A model generated the notes under the pieces. It was not told where the DNA came from. It did no database searches and saw only the letters and a list, made by a program, of their open reading frames with translations. Made by a program: the position numbers and the translations under genes. From Bellilinea caldifistulae (GTDB lineage: Bacteria; Chloroflexota; Anaerolineae; Anaerolineales; Anaerolineaceae), in contig NZ_LGHJ01000010.1 of the NCBI RefSeq assembly GCF_001306055.1, positions 154,264-186,263 of the forward strand: 32,000 nt of DNA, given 5' to 3'. Positions 9,271 through 19,073 of the stretch are shown piece after piece (the stretch's first letter is position 1; the number at the start of each line of letters is the position of its first letter).

Positions 9271-10803
9271 TCACAGAAAAGTTGCTCCGCTGCCGGAAAG
9301 ATAATTTTCCAAAGCGGTGTGAAGGCATTGTCTGGCTGTGAGCAATCTGGAGGGAATGGCTTTACCCTGGGCGGTCATCTCGGCAATGATTTTGCTGACC
9401 TGGATTTCAAAATAGCGGACTATCTCGTAGTAAATCTGGTCGGGCTGGTAACCCTGTTGGGTGAGTTGAGCAATGGAGAGGAAAATATCCTGCTGGATAA
9501 TTCGCTGATAGGTTTGTAAGCGGGCCTGATTACGGATTTCTTCCAGGACACGCGGGCTGGAACGGGTCATGTTTTCGCTGGTCAAACGCCAGGCCTCAAT
9601 GTGTTGATCCAGTAGAATCGGGTGGGTTGTGTTCCATGTGCCCACGTTAATCCATTCCAGCCGTAATCCGCGTTGACGGGCTGCCAGCGGGAATTCCTGA
9701 GTAAAACTTTTGAAAAAGTTACTCAATTGCGGGCGGGGAATAAAGGAGGGGGGCGTCAGCGGTTGAGGCATTTGGGGGGAGTAAATGAAACGCAGGGGGC
9801 GGCGCAACGGTTGGCCATAAGCCAACCGGTGGATGGTGCTTTCCAGGGCAACCTGTCGGCGGATTTCGGGTTCTCCAACGGCCGAGAGAATCTCGCTCAT
9901 CGTGTGATCCTGGATAAAGCGCAATAAATGATCTTCAACCAGTTCGGTCATTGCGTGGGTCCAATGTTCCCCCACCTGTTGATAGGTGAGCCAGTAGAGA
10001 TCACGCAGATGTGCCGGGTAAGGATTGTTCAGGGGAGTGTTTCCACTTTGTCGCCAGATGCTGAACAGCAGGTTGACATCCTGAATTTCGATTTTGATGC
10101 CATCCTTTGTCCGTCCGATGATTTTCTCATAATGAAAGGTATGATCGCGCACGTCAATGATGCGGCGCAGCCGTTCGAAGCCCTGCAAGGTGCGATCTTT
10201 TTTACTCATCCCGGCACGGATGAAATGAGGATTACCGTCCAATCGCTCGAAGATCACCGCAAATTCCGGATTGGGTTTTACGATCCCCGGCCCGCCGATT
10301 TGGATGAAAGGCGATTTGCGCTGCTCGGCCGATAATTTTTCCTCTTTTATCTCAAGAGTCTGATATTTGGGAATGGCAAATGCAGATTGAAGGATGAAAC
10401 GGCGTGAAACAGAGGTATTGGCAATTTCATAAATATCGGCCTGGTATAGAGCGGCAAATTCCAACGCCAGCAAGAATGGCAGACCAATTGCCGCAGTCAT
10501 CAATAAAACATCCAGTGAAAAGAAGGTGTTCCCCAATGCCGAAAACAAATATTGAATCGGCGTCAAATCGCGGGGTACCACTGCCGGCACCAGCAAGCCT
10601 AGAAGCGCCGTTCCCAGTTGACCAATTGGATGACGGGCGGCCGTGTAGAAAAGAATGGTGGCGAAAAAAAGGATCGCCACGAACAGCCCGCGCAGGGTGG
10701 AGGTGGTTTGATCGAGTTGCAGTGTACGGCTGATCAGCCGTTCAAACCAACGCTGAATTTGGTCAAAGGAAAAGTCAAACGATGAGCGGGAAGATGACGT
10801 CAT
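9271..10803 (-). CDS. Multi-TM protein with a divergent SPFH/band-7-like domain
   Basis: 510 aa. N-terminal TM helices, then GGPGIV..GRTKDGIKIEIQDVNLLFSI..MTELVEDHLLRFIQDHTMSEIL..RGLRLEWINVG, which resembles SPFH core strands. ATGA overlap with the upstream gene. Confidence 0.5.
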   Translation of the reverse strand: MTSSSRSSFDFSFDQIQRWFERLISRTLQLDQTTSTLRGLFVAILFFATILFYTAARHPIGQLGTALLGLLVPAVVPRDLTPIQYLFSALGNTFFSLDVLLMTAAIGLPFLLALEFAALYQADIYEIANTSVSRRFILQSAFAIPKYQTLEIKEEKLSAEQRKSPFIQIGGPGIVKPNPEFAVIFERLDGNPHFIRAGMSKKDRTLQGFERLRRIIDVRDHTFHYEKIIGRTKDGIKIEIQDVNLLFSIWRQSGNTPLNNPYPAHLRDLYWLTYQQVGEHWTHAMTELVEDHLLRFIQDHTMSEILSAVGEPEIRRQVALESTIHRLAYGQPLRRPLRFIYSPQMPQPLTPPSFIPRPQLSNFFKSFTQEFPLAARQRGLRLEWINVGTWNTTHPILLDQHIEAWRLTSENMTRSSPRVLEEIRNQARLQTYQRIIQQDIFLSIAQLTQQGYQPDQIYYEIVRYFEIQVSKIIAEMTAQGKAIPSRLLTARQCLHTALENYLSGSGATFL

Positions 10804-12164
10804 GGGTTGTCTTCTGGGGTGGACATTTCTACCAGTTGGGTTAATTGCTCAATTTCCTGCTGCATTCTGGTTTGTGCCTGCGGGTTTCGTTCAAGGATGG
10901 TTCGAATGGAGTGCATAATGGTATGGAAAGTCCGTTTGACCGAAAGTACCTGTCCGGAACAGGTTTCTGCCAGAGGTGAAACTGCTTCGCTAAAAAAGTT
11001 GCGTACGGCCTGTTCCTGACTCTCGCGGGTGATGTACTGCCGCTGGGTTTCGATCATTTCTTTTTCTTTTCTTGCCTGATTGAGCCAGGAGGTCTGCCAG
11101 CGTTTGATCAGGTCTTTTTCCACTTCTTCCGGCATTTCCAGATCGCGGATTTCCACTTTCAGAACGCGGATGCCGCGTTCCTGTAACATTTGATACTCCA
11201 GCGAGGGAACCTGTTGACCGGTTGGTTTTCCGAATAGATCCAATTCGTCTGCCAGAGGTTGAGTTAACCTCTGGTGAATGATGGAGTGGATGGTTTGCAG
11301 GGCAGTGGGTTGATCAGTGCGGCTATGGAATAATTCATCCAGCCGGAAACGGGAGAGGGTTTCTTTCCATATGTCTGCTGCCAGGCGGGGAGGCAGCCAG
11401 CGCCAGTCATTCAATCGGTCAGGGGTGTCTTCCGGAAGGTTGGCATCTACATTGCGGCGCAAGATGGCCTTCTCCACCGAAGAAGGCCGATACCCGTACT
11501 GACTCCCGCCTTCTCCTGGCTGGGCGTCAATTTTGAAGTGAACGATTATTTTGGGAACAAGCTCGATGTTATCACGCGTCAAGGCGCGAGTCTCCATGCG
11601 CTGTCGCTGTTGAACTTCCAGGCGGGCCGGTTGATCATCGCTTATCCCTGTCGGTGATCCTGCCGAGAGAAACGGCCCGATTTTCCCTTTCTGAATGCGT
11701 AAATCCACAACGGCTTTATCGCCTTCCAGATATTCTTTCCGCTCTGTGAAAGTAATACCCGGGCCGATGGCACGATTGAAACGGTCGTCTTTTCTCAAAA
11801 CCGCCGCGCTTGCGCTGTCTAAAATTACCACGCCCGGCCCTTCTTTTTTGATTTCTCCCTTACGCTGCCGGATTTTGCCGTTTTCGATGAAAATAGCCGG
11901 GCCGTGTCCTCCCTGAATGTACAAAAGCAGTCGCTGGTAAATGCGCCAGCGGTCTTCCAGTTTGCGGACAGGCAGGACGAATTGAGAGAAGAAAAAAAGC
12001 CAGAAAAACAGACCCAGCAGACAGATCACACCGGATAAAAAAAGCTGCCCAAACCCGGCCACAAAACCGCCCGGTACCCGGCTGATATACCAGATGGCTA
12101 ATATGCCGGTCAGGGTAAGGGAAATCAGGATCACTCGGTAGCGGGAACGGAATAATGCTCGCAT
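10800..12164 (-). CDS. Membrane-anchored SPFH/band-7 (stomatin/HflK-like) domain protein with C-terminal coiled coil
   Basis: 454 aa. TM helices, then GPGVVILD.., TRDNIELVPKIIVHFKI, ADIWKETLSRFRLDELF and RGIRVLKVEIRDLEMPEEVEKDL (SPFH-type motifs), followed by a Glu/Gln-rich helix. Confidence 0.6.
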   Translation of the reverse strand: MRALFRSRYRVILISLTLTGILAIWYISRVPGGFVAGFGQLFLSGVICLLGLFFWLFFFSQFVLPVRKLEDRWRIYQRLLLYIQGGHGPAIFIENGKIRQRKGEIKKEGPGVVILDSASAAVLRKDDRFNRAIGPGITFTERKEYLEGDKAVVDLRIQKGKIGPFLSAGSPTGISDDQPARLEVQQRQRMETRALTRDNIELVPKIIVHFKIDAQPGEGGSQYGYRPSSVEKAILRRNVDANLPEDTPDRLNDWRWLPPRLAADIWKETLSRFRLDELFHSRTDQPTALQTIHSIIHQRLTQPLADELDLFGKPTGQQVPSLEYQMLQERGIRVLKVEIRDLEMPEEVEKDLIKRWQTSWLNQARKEKEMIETQRQYITRESQEQAVRNFFSEAVSPLAETCSGQVLSVKRTFHTIMHSIRTILERNPQAQTRMQQEIEQLTQLVEMSTPEDNP

Positions 12165-12259
12165 ATAAACCCTGCCTGTAATTCATTTTATATCACAAAC
12201 CAATTTTCGGTATGATAGAATCAAACGGAAATCGGATTGCTCGAAACAGGAATGAGGAG

Positions 12260-13219
12260 ATGCTGCGTTCATTGTTTATCACCCTTTCCAAAGCTTATTG
12301 GGCGCAGCGCTGGATTACCGGTTGGGCGCTGGCCTGGCGAGTGGCTTCCCGCTTTATCGCCGGCGAAACGGTGGAACAAGCCATCCGTGCTGTTCAGGTG
12401 CTTAACCAGCAGGGGTTGCTGGCAACACTGGATCAACTGGGCGAAAATACCCAAACGGCTCAGGATGCCGAAGTGGCTGCCCAGGGGATTTTAAATTTAC
12501 TTGATGAAATTGAGCGCACCGGCGTTCAGGCAAACGTTTCGGTCAAATTGAGCCAACTGGGATTGGTGGTTGACCCGCCACTGGCTGAGAAACACATCCG
12601 ACGCATTGTGGAAAAAGCCCGTCAGACGAATAACTTTATTCGGGTGGACATGGAAGACTCCAGTTTGACCGACTCAACCCTGGACATTGTCTCCGCTCTG
12701 CATGAGGAGGGGTTAACCAACGTCGGTACGGTGATTCAATCCTATCTCTATCGCAGCGTCGAAGATACCCGCCGCCTGATCGAGCAAGGTGTAAAAATTC
12801 GGCTGGTCAAGGGGGCTTATCAGGAGCCACCCCATCTGGCTTATCCGCGGAAAAGGGATGTGGATGCGGCATTTGACCGGCTGAGTGACCTGTTGATTGA
12901 AGCCTCTTTGGGTTTGGAGTACTCCCGCGCAACGGCCAGCGGGCGCTTTCCACCGCTGGCTGCCATTGCGACTCATGACGAGAAGCGCATCGAATATGCC
13001 ATTCAAACCGCCAAACGCTACGGCTTGCCGGTTGAACGTCTGGAATTTCAGATGTTGTACGGGATACGCCGGGATTTACAGGTAGAATTGGCTAAACAGG
13101 GCTACCCGGTGAGGATTTACGTGCCATTTGGTACCCACTGGTATCCTTATTTTATGCGCCGGCTGGCAGAAAGACCGGCAAACTTGTGGTTTTTCGTTTC
13201 CAACCTCTTTCAGCGGTAA
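12260..13219 (+). CDS. Monofunctional proline dehydrogenase (PRODH)
   Basis: FIAGET..A, LDQLGE, SVKLSQLG, VDMEDS, IQSYLYR, RLVKGAY, ATHD, EFQMLYG and WYPYFMRRLAERPANL are all PRODH barrel blocks. The ORF is open from 12212, but ATG 12260 gives the N-terminal length seen in short PRODHs, and a TGaTAGAAT -10-like element overlaps 12212. Confidence 0.85.
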   Translation: MLRSLFITLSKAYWAQRWITGWALAWRVASRFIAGETVEQAIRAVQVLNQQGLLATLDQLGENTQTAQDAEVAAQGILNLLDEIERTGVQANVSVKLSQLGLVVDPPLAEKHIRRIVEKARQTNNFIRVDMEDSSLTDSTLDIVSALHEEGLTNVGTVIQSYLYRSVEDTRRLIEQGVKIRLVKGAYQEPPHLAYPRKRDVDAAFDRLSDLLIEASLGLEYSRATASGRFPPLAAIATHDEKRIEYAIQTAKRYGLPVERLEFQMLYGIRRDLQVELAKQGYPVRIYVPFGTHWYPYFMRRLAERPANLWFFVSNLFQR

Positions 13220-13224
13220 TTTTC

Positions 13225-13953
13225 ATGAATGATGAGCGTCCTCAACTTGCGGTGGTGACCGGGGCGGCTGTGCGTTTGGGCAAGGCAATTGCTGTTGCGC
13301 TGGCCGGCAAAGGCTACGCCATTGGCTTGCATTACCACCACTCCGAAGAGGCTGCCCATCAAACGGCTGAAGAGCTGGAAAAATTGGGTGTACCAGTTTT
13401 TCCCTTTCGTGCAGATTTACGGGACGAATTGGCTATCAGGCGGATGTTCCAGCAGATTGCCGAAACGGGGCTGTCGCTCAGGGTTCTCGTCAATTCGGCA
13501 GCGGTGATGCCCAGACAGGATTTGCTCACGATCACGGCAGAAGATTGGGATGCGGTGATGGACGTCAATCTCCGGGCGGCGTGGTTGTGTGCGGTTGAGT
13601 CAGCCCGAATCATGCAGCCGGGTAGTGTGATTATCAATATCAGTGATACCGGTGCGCGTAAGGTATGGACGGGCTACCCGGTTTATGTGATCAGCAAAGC
13701 CGGTCTGGAAATTCTGACCCGCTTGCTGGCACGTCGGCTTGCCCCGCACATCCGTGTCAATGCCATTGCACCGGGCTTGATTCTGCGTGGCGAGAATACC
13801 CCTGTTGAGGAGTGGGAGCGATTGGTTCAGCGATCGCCTTTGGGGCAAAGCGGCAGTGAGGATGAGATTTGCAGGGCGGTCACGTTTCTGCTGGAAAGTG
13901 TGTACATCACTGGGGAAGTACTTGTCATTGACGGCGGCTATGGATTAATCTAA
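13225..13953 (+). CDS. Short-chain dehydrogenase/reductase (SDR), pteridine-reductase-like
   Basis: VVTGAAVRLGKAIA (Rossmann TGxxxxxG), NSAA, YVISKAG (YxxxK) and IRVNAIAPG. ATG 13225 follows the upstream stop (13219). The track ORF start 13186 overlaps PRODH. Confidence 0.8.
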   Translation: MNDERPQLAVVTGAAVRLGKAIAVALAGKGYAIGLHYHHSEEAAHQTAEELEKLGVPVFPFRADLRDELAIRRMFQQIAETGLSLRVLVNSAAVMPRQDLLTITAEDWDAVMDVNLRAAWLCAVESARIMQPGSVIINISDTGARKVWTGYPVYVISKAGLEILTRLLARRLAPHIRVNAIAPGLILRGENTPVEEWERLVQRSPLGQSGSEDEICRAVTFLLESVYITGEVLVIDGGYGLI

Positions 13954-13970
13954 AACACACAGGAATTGGA

Positions 13971-14882
13971 ATGCAAAAAAACTTTGGAAAAGTCTTGGGA
14001 GAGTTCATCCGCACTTCGCAGCCGCTCGCATTACTGGCTGGGGCGTTGTTATATGCCTGTGGGGTAGGGGTGTTGGTATATCTGGGTGAAGCCGTTGATT
14101 GGTCGGTTTACTGGTTGGGTCAGGCAGTGGTCACTTTACTGCAATTAAGCAGCGTTTATCTCAAATCCTACTATGACCTTGTGCCGGAAATTCCACGAAG
14201 TTCCAGCAGTAATAATGGGCGCCTGGATGATTGGAAACCAGTTTCTCGTAACCTCTATCTGCTGGCGGCTGCCACTACCCTGACGGTAGGCGCAATGACT
14301 ACCTTTGTGCTGTATTCGCGCGGGGCGCTTCAACCGGCCAGTTTAATTTTTTTGGGGATTGCGTGGTTGTTTGCCTTCTTTTATGGGGTACCCCCATTAA
14401 GGCTGGTGTATTCCGGCTATGGTGAACTGATCAGCGCAATTTTTTTAACCACTCTGGTGCCGGGCTTTGCCTATTTGTTACAGCGGGGTGAGTTAATTCC
14501 GGTGATGGGATTATTCAATTTTCCACTGTTAGCCCTTTTTCTGGCATTTAGCCTGGCCACTTCGCTGGAAACCTATTTCAGCGAGATCAAAGCCGGTCGC
14601 CAGAATATGATGATTCGGTTAGGGTGGCAGCGTGGAATGATTTTGCACAACTTCCTGATTGGCCTGGCTTTTTTACTGGTCGGAATCAGTCCGCTGACAG
14701 GTCTGGCATGGTCGCTGACCTGGCCGCGTTTGCTGGTCTTACCGGTGGGCATCTTTCAAGTCTGGCAGATGGTGCAAATTGCCAATGGGGCTAAGCCAAA
14801 CTGGCGCCTGTTGCGGTTAACGGCAGCCGCAAGTTTTGGTTTGTTGCTTTACCTGCAAGTCTTTTCTCTGTGGACGGGGTAG
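13971..14882 (+). CDS. Polytopic membrane protein, UbiA-prenyltransferase-like topology with degenerate Asp-rich motifs
   Basis: 303 aa, about 8-9 hydrophobic helices. The ..EIKAGRQNMMIRLG.. segment resembles the second UbiA motif (D-x-x-x-D..G..T..LG) but lacks the aspartates. Confidence 0.4.
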   Translation: MQKNFGKVLGEFIRTSQPLALLAGALLYACGVGVLVYLGEAVDWSVYWLGQAVVTLLQLSSVYLKSYYDLVPEIPRSSSSNNGRLDDWKPVSRNLYLLAAATTLTVGAMTTFVLYSRGALQPASLIFLGIAWLFAFFYGVPPLRLVYSGYGELISAIFLTTLVPGFAYLLQRGELIPVMGLFNFPLLALFLAFSLATSLETYFSEIKAGRQNMMIRLGWQRGMILHNFLIGLAFLLVGISPLTGLAWSLTWPRLLVLPVGIFQVWQMVQIANGAKPNWRLLRLTAAASFGLLLYLQVFSLWTG

Positions 14883-14885
14883 AAC

Positions 14886-16127
14886 ATGCCTGAATTTTTA
14901 GAATTGCTTCCTCCAACCAGAGCCTTGTCCTACTGGCTGAATTTCATTCCGCAATCCTTAAAGGAAACGGAACGGCTGGCAGTGGTGGATGCACTGGGGC
15001 GCGTGGCTGCCCGGCCGATATTCAGCCCCGAACCACTCCCAGCCTTTCCGCGCAGCAGTGTGGATGGTTACGCCGTGCGGGCAGCGGATACTTTTGGGGC
15101 AAGCGAATCACTGCCGGCCTACCTGATGGTCAAGGGCGAGCTGCCCATGGGAACGACACCCCCATTTGATTTGCAACCCGGCGAAGCGGCATTGATTCAC
15201 ACGGGTGGAATGCTGCCAAAAGGCAGTGATGCAGTGGTTATGCTCGAATACACCCAGCCTTCCCGGGAAAATGAAATCGAAGTGCTACGGGCTGTTGCGG
15301 AAGGGGAAAACGTTCTGAAACCCGGCGAGGACGTTAAGCAGGGCGAGGAGGTCGTTGCTGCGGGTGTACGGCTGCGTCCGCCTGAAATTGGTGGCTTAAT
15401 GGGGTTGGGAATTTTGGAATTGGATGTTCTGCGCCGGCCGCGGGTAGGGGTTCTTTCCACCGGAGATGAAGTTGTACCGCCTGAGGCTGCCGTTCAGCCC
15501 GGTCAGGTGCGCGACATCAACAGTTATTCATTGAGTGCGTTGGTGGAGCAGGCTGGCGGAATCGCCCAACGATACGGGATATTCCCCGATCAGGCGGCAG
15601 CGCTGGAAGCCGGGCTGAGGAAAGCGCTTGACGAGTGTGATGCTGTGTTGATTACCGCCGGTTCTTCAGCCAGTACGCGTGACCTGACAGCGGAGGTGAT
15701 CAACCGGATGGGTAAACCCGGTGTGCTGGTACATGGTTTGAACATCCGTCCGGGGAAGCCGACCATTCTGGCGGTTTGTGATGGTAAACCGGTCATCGGT
15801 TTGCCCGGTAACCCGGTGAGCGCGTTGGTGATCGCCTATCTTTTCGTCCAGCCGGCGTTGAATCGTTTATGCGGTGTCCCTGGTCTGATCCATCCTGCCA
15901 TTCGAGCAAAATTGACGGTTAATCTGCCTTCGCAAGCCGGCCGGGAAGACTACTATCCGGCAAAATTGGTTCAGAAGAATAACGCATGGCAAGCCGACCC
16001 GATTTTTTATAAAAGTAATCTAATATTTTCGCTCAGCCGGGCAGATGGGTTGATTCACATACCCGAAGACGCCACAGGGTTGGCGGCAGGGGAAGAAGCC
16101 GACGTTTACCTTTTGGGGAGAGGATGA
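14886..16127 (+). CDS. moeA: Molybdopterin molybdenumtransferase MoeA
   Basis: 413 aa. SSVDGYAVRA, IHTGGMLPKGSDAVV, GVLSTGDEVV, ITAGSSAS and GLPGNPVSA are the standard MoeA domain series. Confidence 0.88.
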   Translation: MPEFLELLPPTRALSYWLNFIPQSLKETERLAVVDALGRVAARPIFSPEPLPAFPRSSVDGYAVRAADTFGASESLPAYLMVKGELPMGTTPPFDLQPGEAALIHTGGMLPKGSDAVVMLEYTQPSRENEIEVLRAVAEGENVLKPGEDVKQGEEVVAAGVRLRPPEIGGLMGLGILELDVLRRPRVGVLSTGDEVVPPEAAVQPGQVRDINSYSLSALVEQAGGIAQRYGIFPDQAAALEAGLRKALDECDAVLITAGSSASTRDLTAEVINRMGKPGVLVHGLNIRPGKPTILAVCDGKPVIGLPGNPVSALVIAYLFVQPALNRLCGVPGLIHPAIRAKLTVNLPSQAGREDYYPAKLVQKNNAWQADPIFYKSNLIFSLSRADGLIHIPEDATGLAAGEEADVYLLGRG

Positions 16128-17086
16128 AACCCATGAATTTCGCAATTCGGCTGTTGGCTCTTATTGCCGGGCTTGCAGGCTTGCTGGTGGCAGGTTGTGT
16201 CGGTCGTATTCAGGCAGCTGCCCAGCAGCCTGCAAGCGAGGCAGTTGTCTCGGCGCAATCAACACAATTGCCTTCACGAACGCCTACCCTCTTCAAAACA
16301 CCCACACCGATTGTCCCAAGTTTATCGCCATCTCCAACACTCACGCAAACACCCAGCGGTACTCCTGCCCCTTCGTTAACGCCGACACCGGCGTTAGTAT
16401 ATTATCCTGCCGGACAAATCAATGTACCCATTCTCCTGTACCATCGGATTGTGGACGGCGAAGCGGTAAATCGGTATGAGGTGTCACTGGAAAATTTTCA
16501 CCTTCAGATGGATTTTCTCCGACGGAATGGGTATGAAACCATTACCCCTGTCCAGCTGGCAAAGGTGATCCTGAAGGGGGGAGAACTGCCAGCCAAACCG
16601 GTGATTTTGACCTTTGATGATGGCTATCGCAGTATCTATGATCTCGCCTTTCCGGTTCTTAACCACTACGGGTTTGAAGGGGTCGTCTATGTTATCACCG
16701 GTTGTGTTGGTGCTCCAACCTACATGAACTCGGAGCAAATAACCGAGTTGTTTGCAAATGGGTGGGAAATCGGCAGTCATACGGTCAGCCACGAGGATTT
16801 GGTGAAAAACCCCTCTCACGTGTATGATCAAATTGTGGTGTCAAAACTTTACCTTGAGAAATTATTAGGTACAAAGGAACTGACTCTGGCTTACCCCTAT
16901 GGTAAAGCCGATGAAAATATCACTCGAAAGGCAGCGAGATACGGTTATTATGCCGGGATGGGCCTGGGGGTCAGTAACATACATTCCGTTGAAACGCTTT
17001 ATTTTCTCAGCCGACAGGAAATCAAATCCGATTGTGATTTGGGTTGTTTTGAGGAAATCGTGACCGGCAAGAAAATCCAACCGTGA
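16124..17086 (+). CDS. Lipoprotein polysaccharide deacetylase (NodB homology domain)
   Basis: Lipobox LVAGC, a Thr/Pro/Ser linker, then ILLYHRI, LTFDDGYRS and GSHTVSHEDL (NodB motifs). ATGA overlap with moeA. Confidence 0.8.
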   Translation: MKPMNFAIRLLALIAGLAGLLVAGCVGRIQAAAQQPASEAVVSAQSTQLPSRTPTLFKTPTPIVPSLSPSPTLTQTPSGTPAPSLTPTPALVYYPAGQINVPILLYHRIVDGEAVNRYEVSLENFHLQMDFLRRNGYETITPVQLAKVILKGGELPAKPVILTFDDGYRSIYDLAFPVLNHYGFEGVVYVITGCVGAPTYMNSEQITELFANGWEIGSHTVSHEDLVKNPSHVYDQIVVSKLYLEKLLGTKELTLAYPYGKADENITRKAARYGYYAGMGLGVSNIHSVETLYFLSRQEIKSDCDLGCFEEIVTGKKIQP

Positions 17087-17095
17087 GGAGGTAGC

Positions 17096-19051
17096 ATGTC
17101 CATTTATTTACAGGATATTCCTCTGAATGAGGCTCTGGCTCGTTTTGACAATGCACTGAAAAAAGCCAGTTTAAGCGGGGTTCTTGGGGAAGAAACGGTT
17201 GAGCTGCATGAACATCTGGTCGGACGGGTGACGGCCAAACCGGTTTGGGCGCGGATTTCCTCCCCGCATTATCATGCCGCTGCGATGGATGGTTTTGCCC
17301 TGCGGGCGGAGAATGTTGCCGGCGCGATGCCCACAGCCCCCGTAATTCTGACCGTTGGTCAACAAGCAGCTTACGTGGATACCGGCGATCCACTACCTTT
17401 GTGGGCTAATGCCGTTGTTCCGATTGAGAACGTGGAAGCCCTCGATAAGGACGGTCAGATAACGGAGGATGCCCGCCGGCCTCATTCAATCCGCCTGAGA
17501 GCCGCCTTACCGCCATGGTCGCATGTTCGTCCGATGGGTGAAGATATTGTGGCTACCCAGCTGGTGCTGCCATCCGGCCATGTGCTTCGACCGGTGGACT
17601 TGGGGGCGATTGCTGCCGCCGGGCATGATCGGGTTGTGGTCAGCCGAAAACCGCGAGTAGCAATTTTGCCAACCGGTACTGAATTGATCGAAATTGGCCA
17701 GCCGGTGGAAGCGGGGAAGATTATCGAGTTCAATTCGCTGGTTTTGGCGGCACAGGTGAATCAATGGGGGGGCGAGGCGGTTCGTTATCCGATCAGCCCG
17801 GATGAGTATGCGCTTATTCGTCAACGGGTACGGGAAGCGGCCGAGAAAAGCGATCTCATCCTGCTGAATGCAGGCTCATCGGCTGGTTCGGAGGATTTTT
17901 CCGCCGCAGTGGTGCAGGAATTAGGCGAACTGCTGGTTCATGGGGTTGCAGTGCGTCCCGGTCACCCGGTCATCCTCGGCATGATTGACCGGCAGGACGG
18001 CAGCCGGTGTCCCATTATTGGGGTGCCGGGCTATCCGGTATCGGCTGCGCTCACGGGAGAAATATTCATCGAACCCCTGCTGGCGCGTTGGCTCGGCCGG
18101 CCGCCGCATAAACCGATTGAAATTGAAGCAAAAATTACCCGCAAATTAACCTCACCGCCGGGTGACGATGATTATGTAAGGGTTGTGGCAGGCAGGGTTG
18201 GAGATCAGTTGTTGGTAGCGCCGCTCTCACGTGGTGCTGGGGTGATTACCTCGCTGGTGCGTTCCGATGGAATTGTGGTTTTACCGCGTGGAATTCAAGG
18301 TATTGAAGCCGGCAGCCGGGTGAAGGTTCGCCTCTACCGCCAGCCGGAAGAACTCAATCAGACCATTTTTGCAATTGGTTCACACGACATCAGTCTGGAT
18401 TTGCTGGCTCAGTATCTGTCAACTTACGGACGAAGATTGGTATCTGCCAATGTAGGTAGTCAGGGAGGGCTGGTAGCCTTGCGGCGAGGGGAAACTCACC
18501 TGGCTGGCTGTCATTTGCTGGATGCACAGACTGGTGTGTATAACCTTGCAGCGGTCCAACAGTACCTTCCGGACCAAAAGGTACGTATACTGGGATGGGT
18601 CAACCGTGTTCAGGGTTTGCTGGTTGCCCGAGGAAATCCTAAGAACATTAAGGGATTACAGGATTTGGTGCGAGAAGATGTGATCTTTACCAATCGTCAA
18701 CGGGGTGCCGGAACCCGCATCTTGCTAGACTACCAGCTTAGTTTGCTGGGAATTTCCCCGGCGCAAATTCGTGGTTATGGTCAGGAAGAGTACACCCATC
18801 TGGCCGTAGCGGCTGCGATTGCCTCAGGTCGGGCAGATTGCGGTCTGGGAATTGCCGCTGCCGCAGTGGCTCTGGATTTAGAATTTATTCCCCTCTTTGA
18901 AGAGGAATATGATCTGATCATTCCATCGGTTTATACCGAAGATGATTTATTACAGCCCTTGTTTACCCTGGCTCAAGATGAGGATTTTCGCAAAGCGGTT
19001 GCCCAATTACCCGGTTATGAAACTTCCCGAATGGGAAGATGGATCCTATAA
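17096..19051 (+). CDS. MoeA-domain protein fused to a C-terminal periplasmic-binding-protein-like (type 2) domain
   Basis: 651 aa. N-terminal MoeA blocks (AAMDGFALRA, LPTGTELI, NAGSSAGSEDF, GVPGYPVSA), then a C-terminal domain of about 230 aa (IGSHDISLDLL..GSQGGLVALRRGETHLAGCHL..) of PBP2 type. Confidence 0.75.
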   Translation: MSIYLQDIPLNEALARFDNALKKASLSGVLGEETVELHEHLVGRVTAKPVWARISSPHYHAAAMDGFALRAENVAGAMPTAPVILTVGQQAAYVDTGDPLPLWANAVVPIENVEALDKDGQITEDARRPHSIRLRAALPPWSHVRPMGEDIVATQLVLPSGHVLRPVDLGAIAAAGHDRVVVSRKPRVAILPTGTELIEIGQPVEAGKIIEFNSLVLAAQVNQWGGEAVRYPISPDEYALIRQRVREAAEKSDLILLNAGSSAGSEDFSAAVVQELGELLVHGVAVRPGHPVILGMIDRQDGSRCPIIGVPGYPVSAALTGEIFIEPLLARWLGRPPHKPIEIEAKITRKLTSPPGDDDYVRVVAGRVGDQLLVAPLSRGAGVITSLVRSDGIVVLPRGIQGIEAGSRVKVRLYRQPEELNQTIFAIGSHDISLDLLAQYLSTYGRRLVSANVGSQGGLVALRRGETHLAGCHLLDAQTGVYNLAAVQQYLPDQKVRILGWVNRVQGLLVARGNPKNIKGLQDLVREDVIFTNRQRGAGTRILLDYQLSLLGISPAQIRGYGQEEYTHLAVAAAIASGRADCGLGIAAAAVALDLEFIPLFEEEYDLIIPSVYTEDDLLQPLFTLAQDEDFRKAVAQLPGYETSRMGRWIL

Positions 19052-19073
19052 ATCAAACCAAAGGAGGTGTAAA

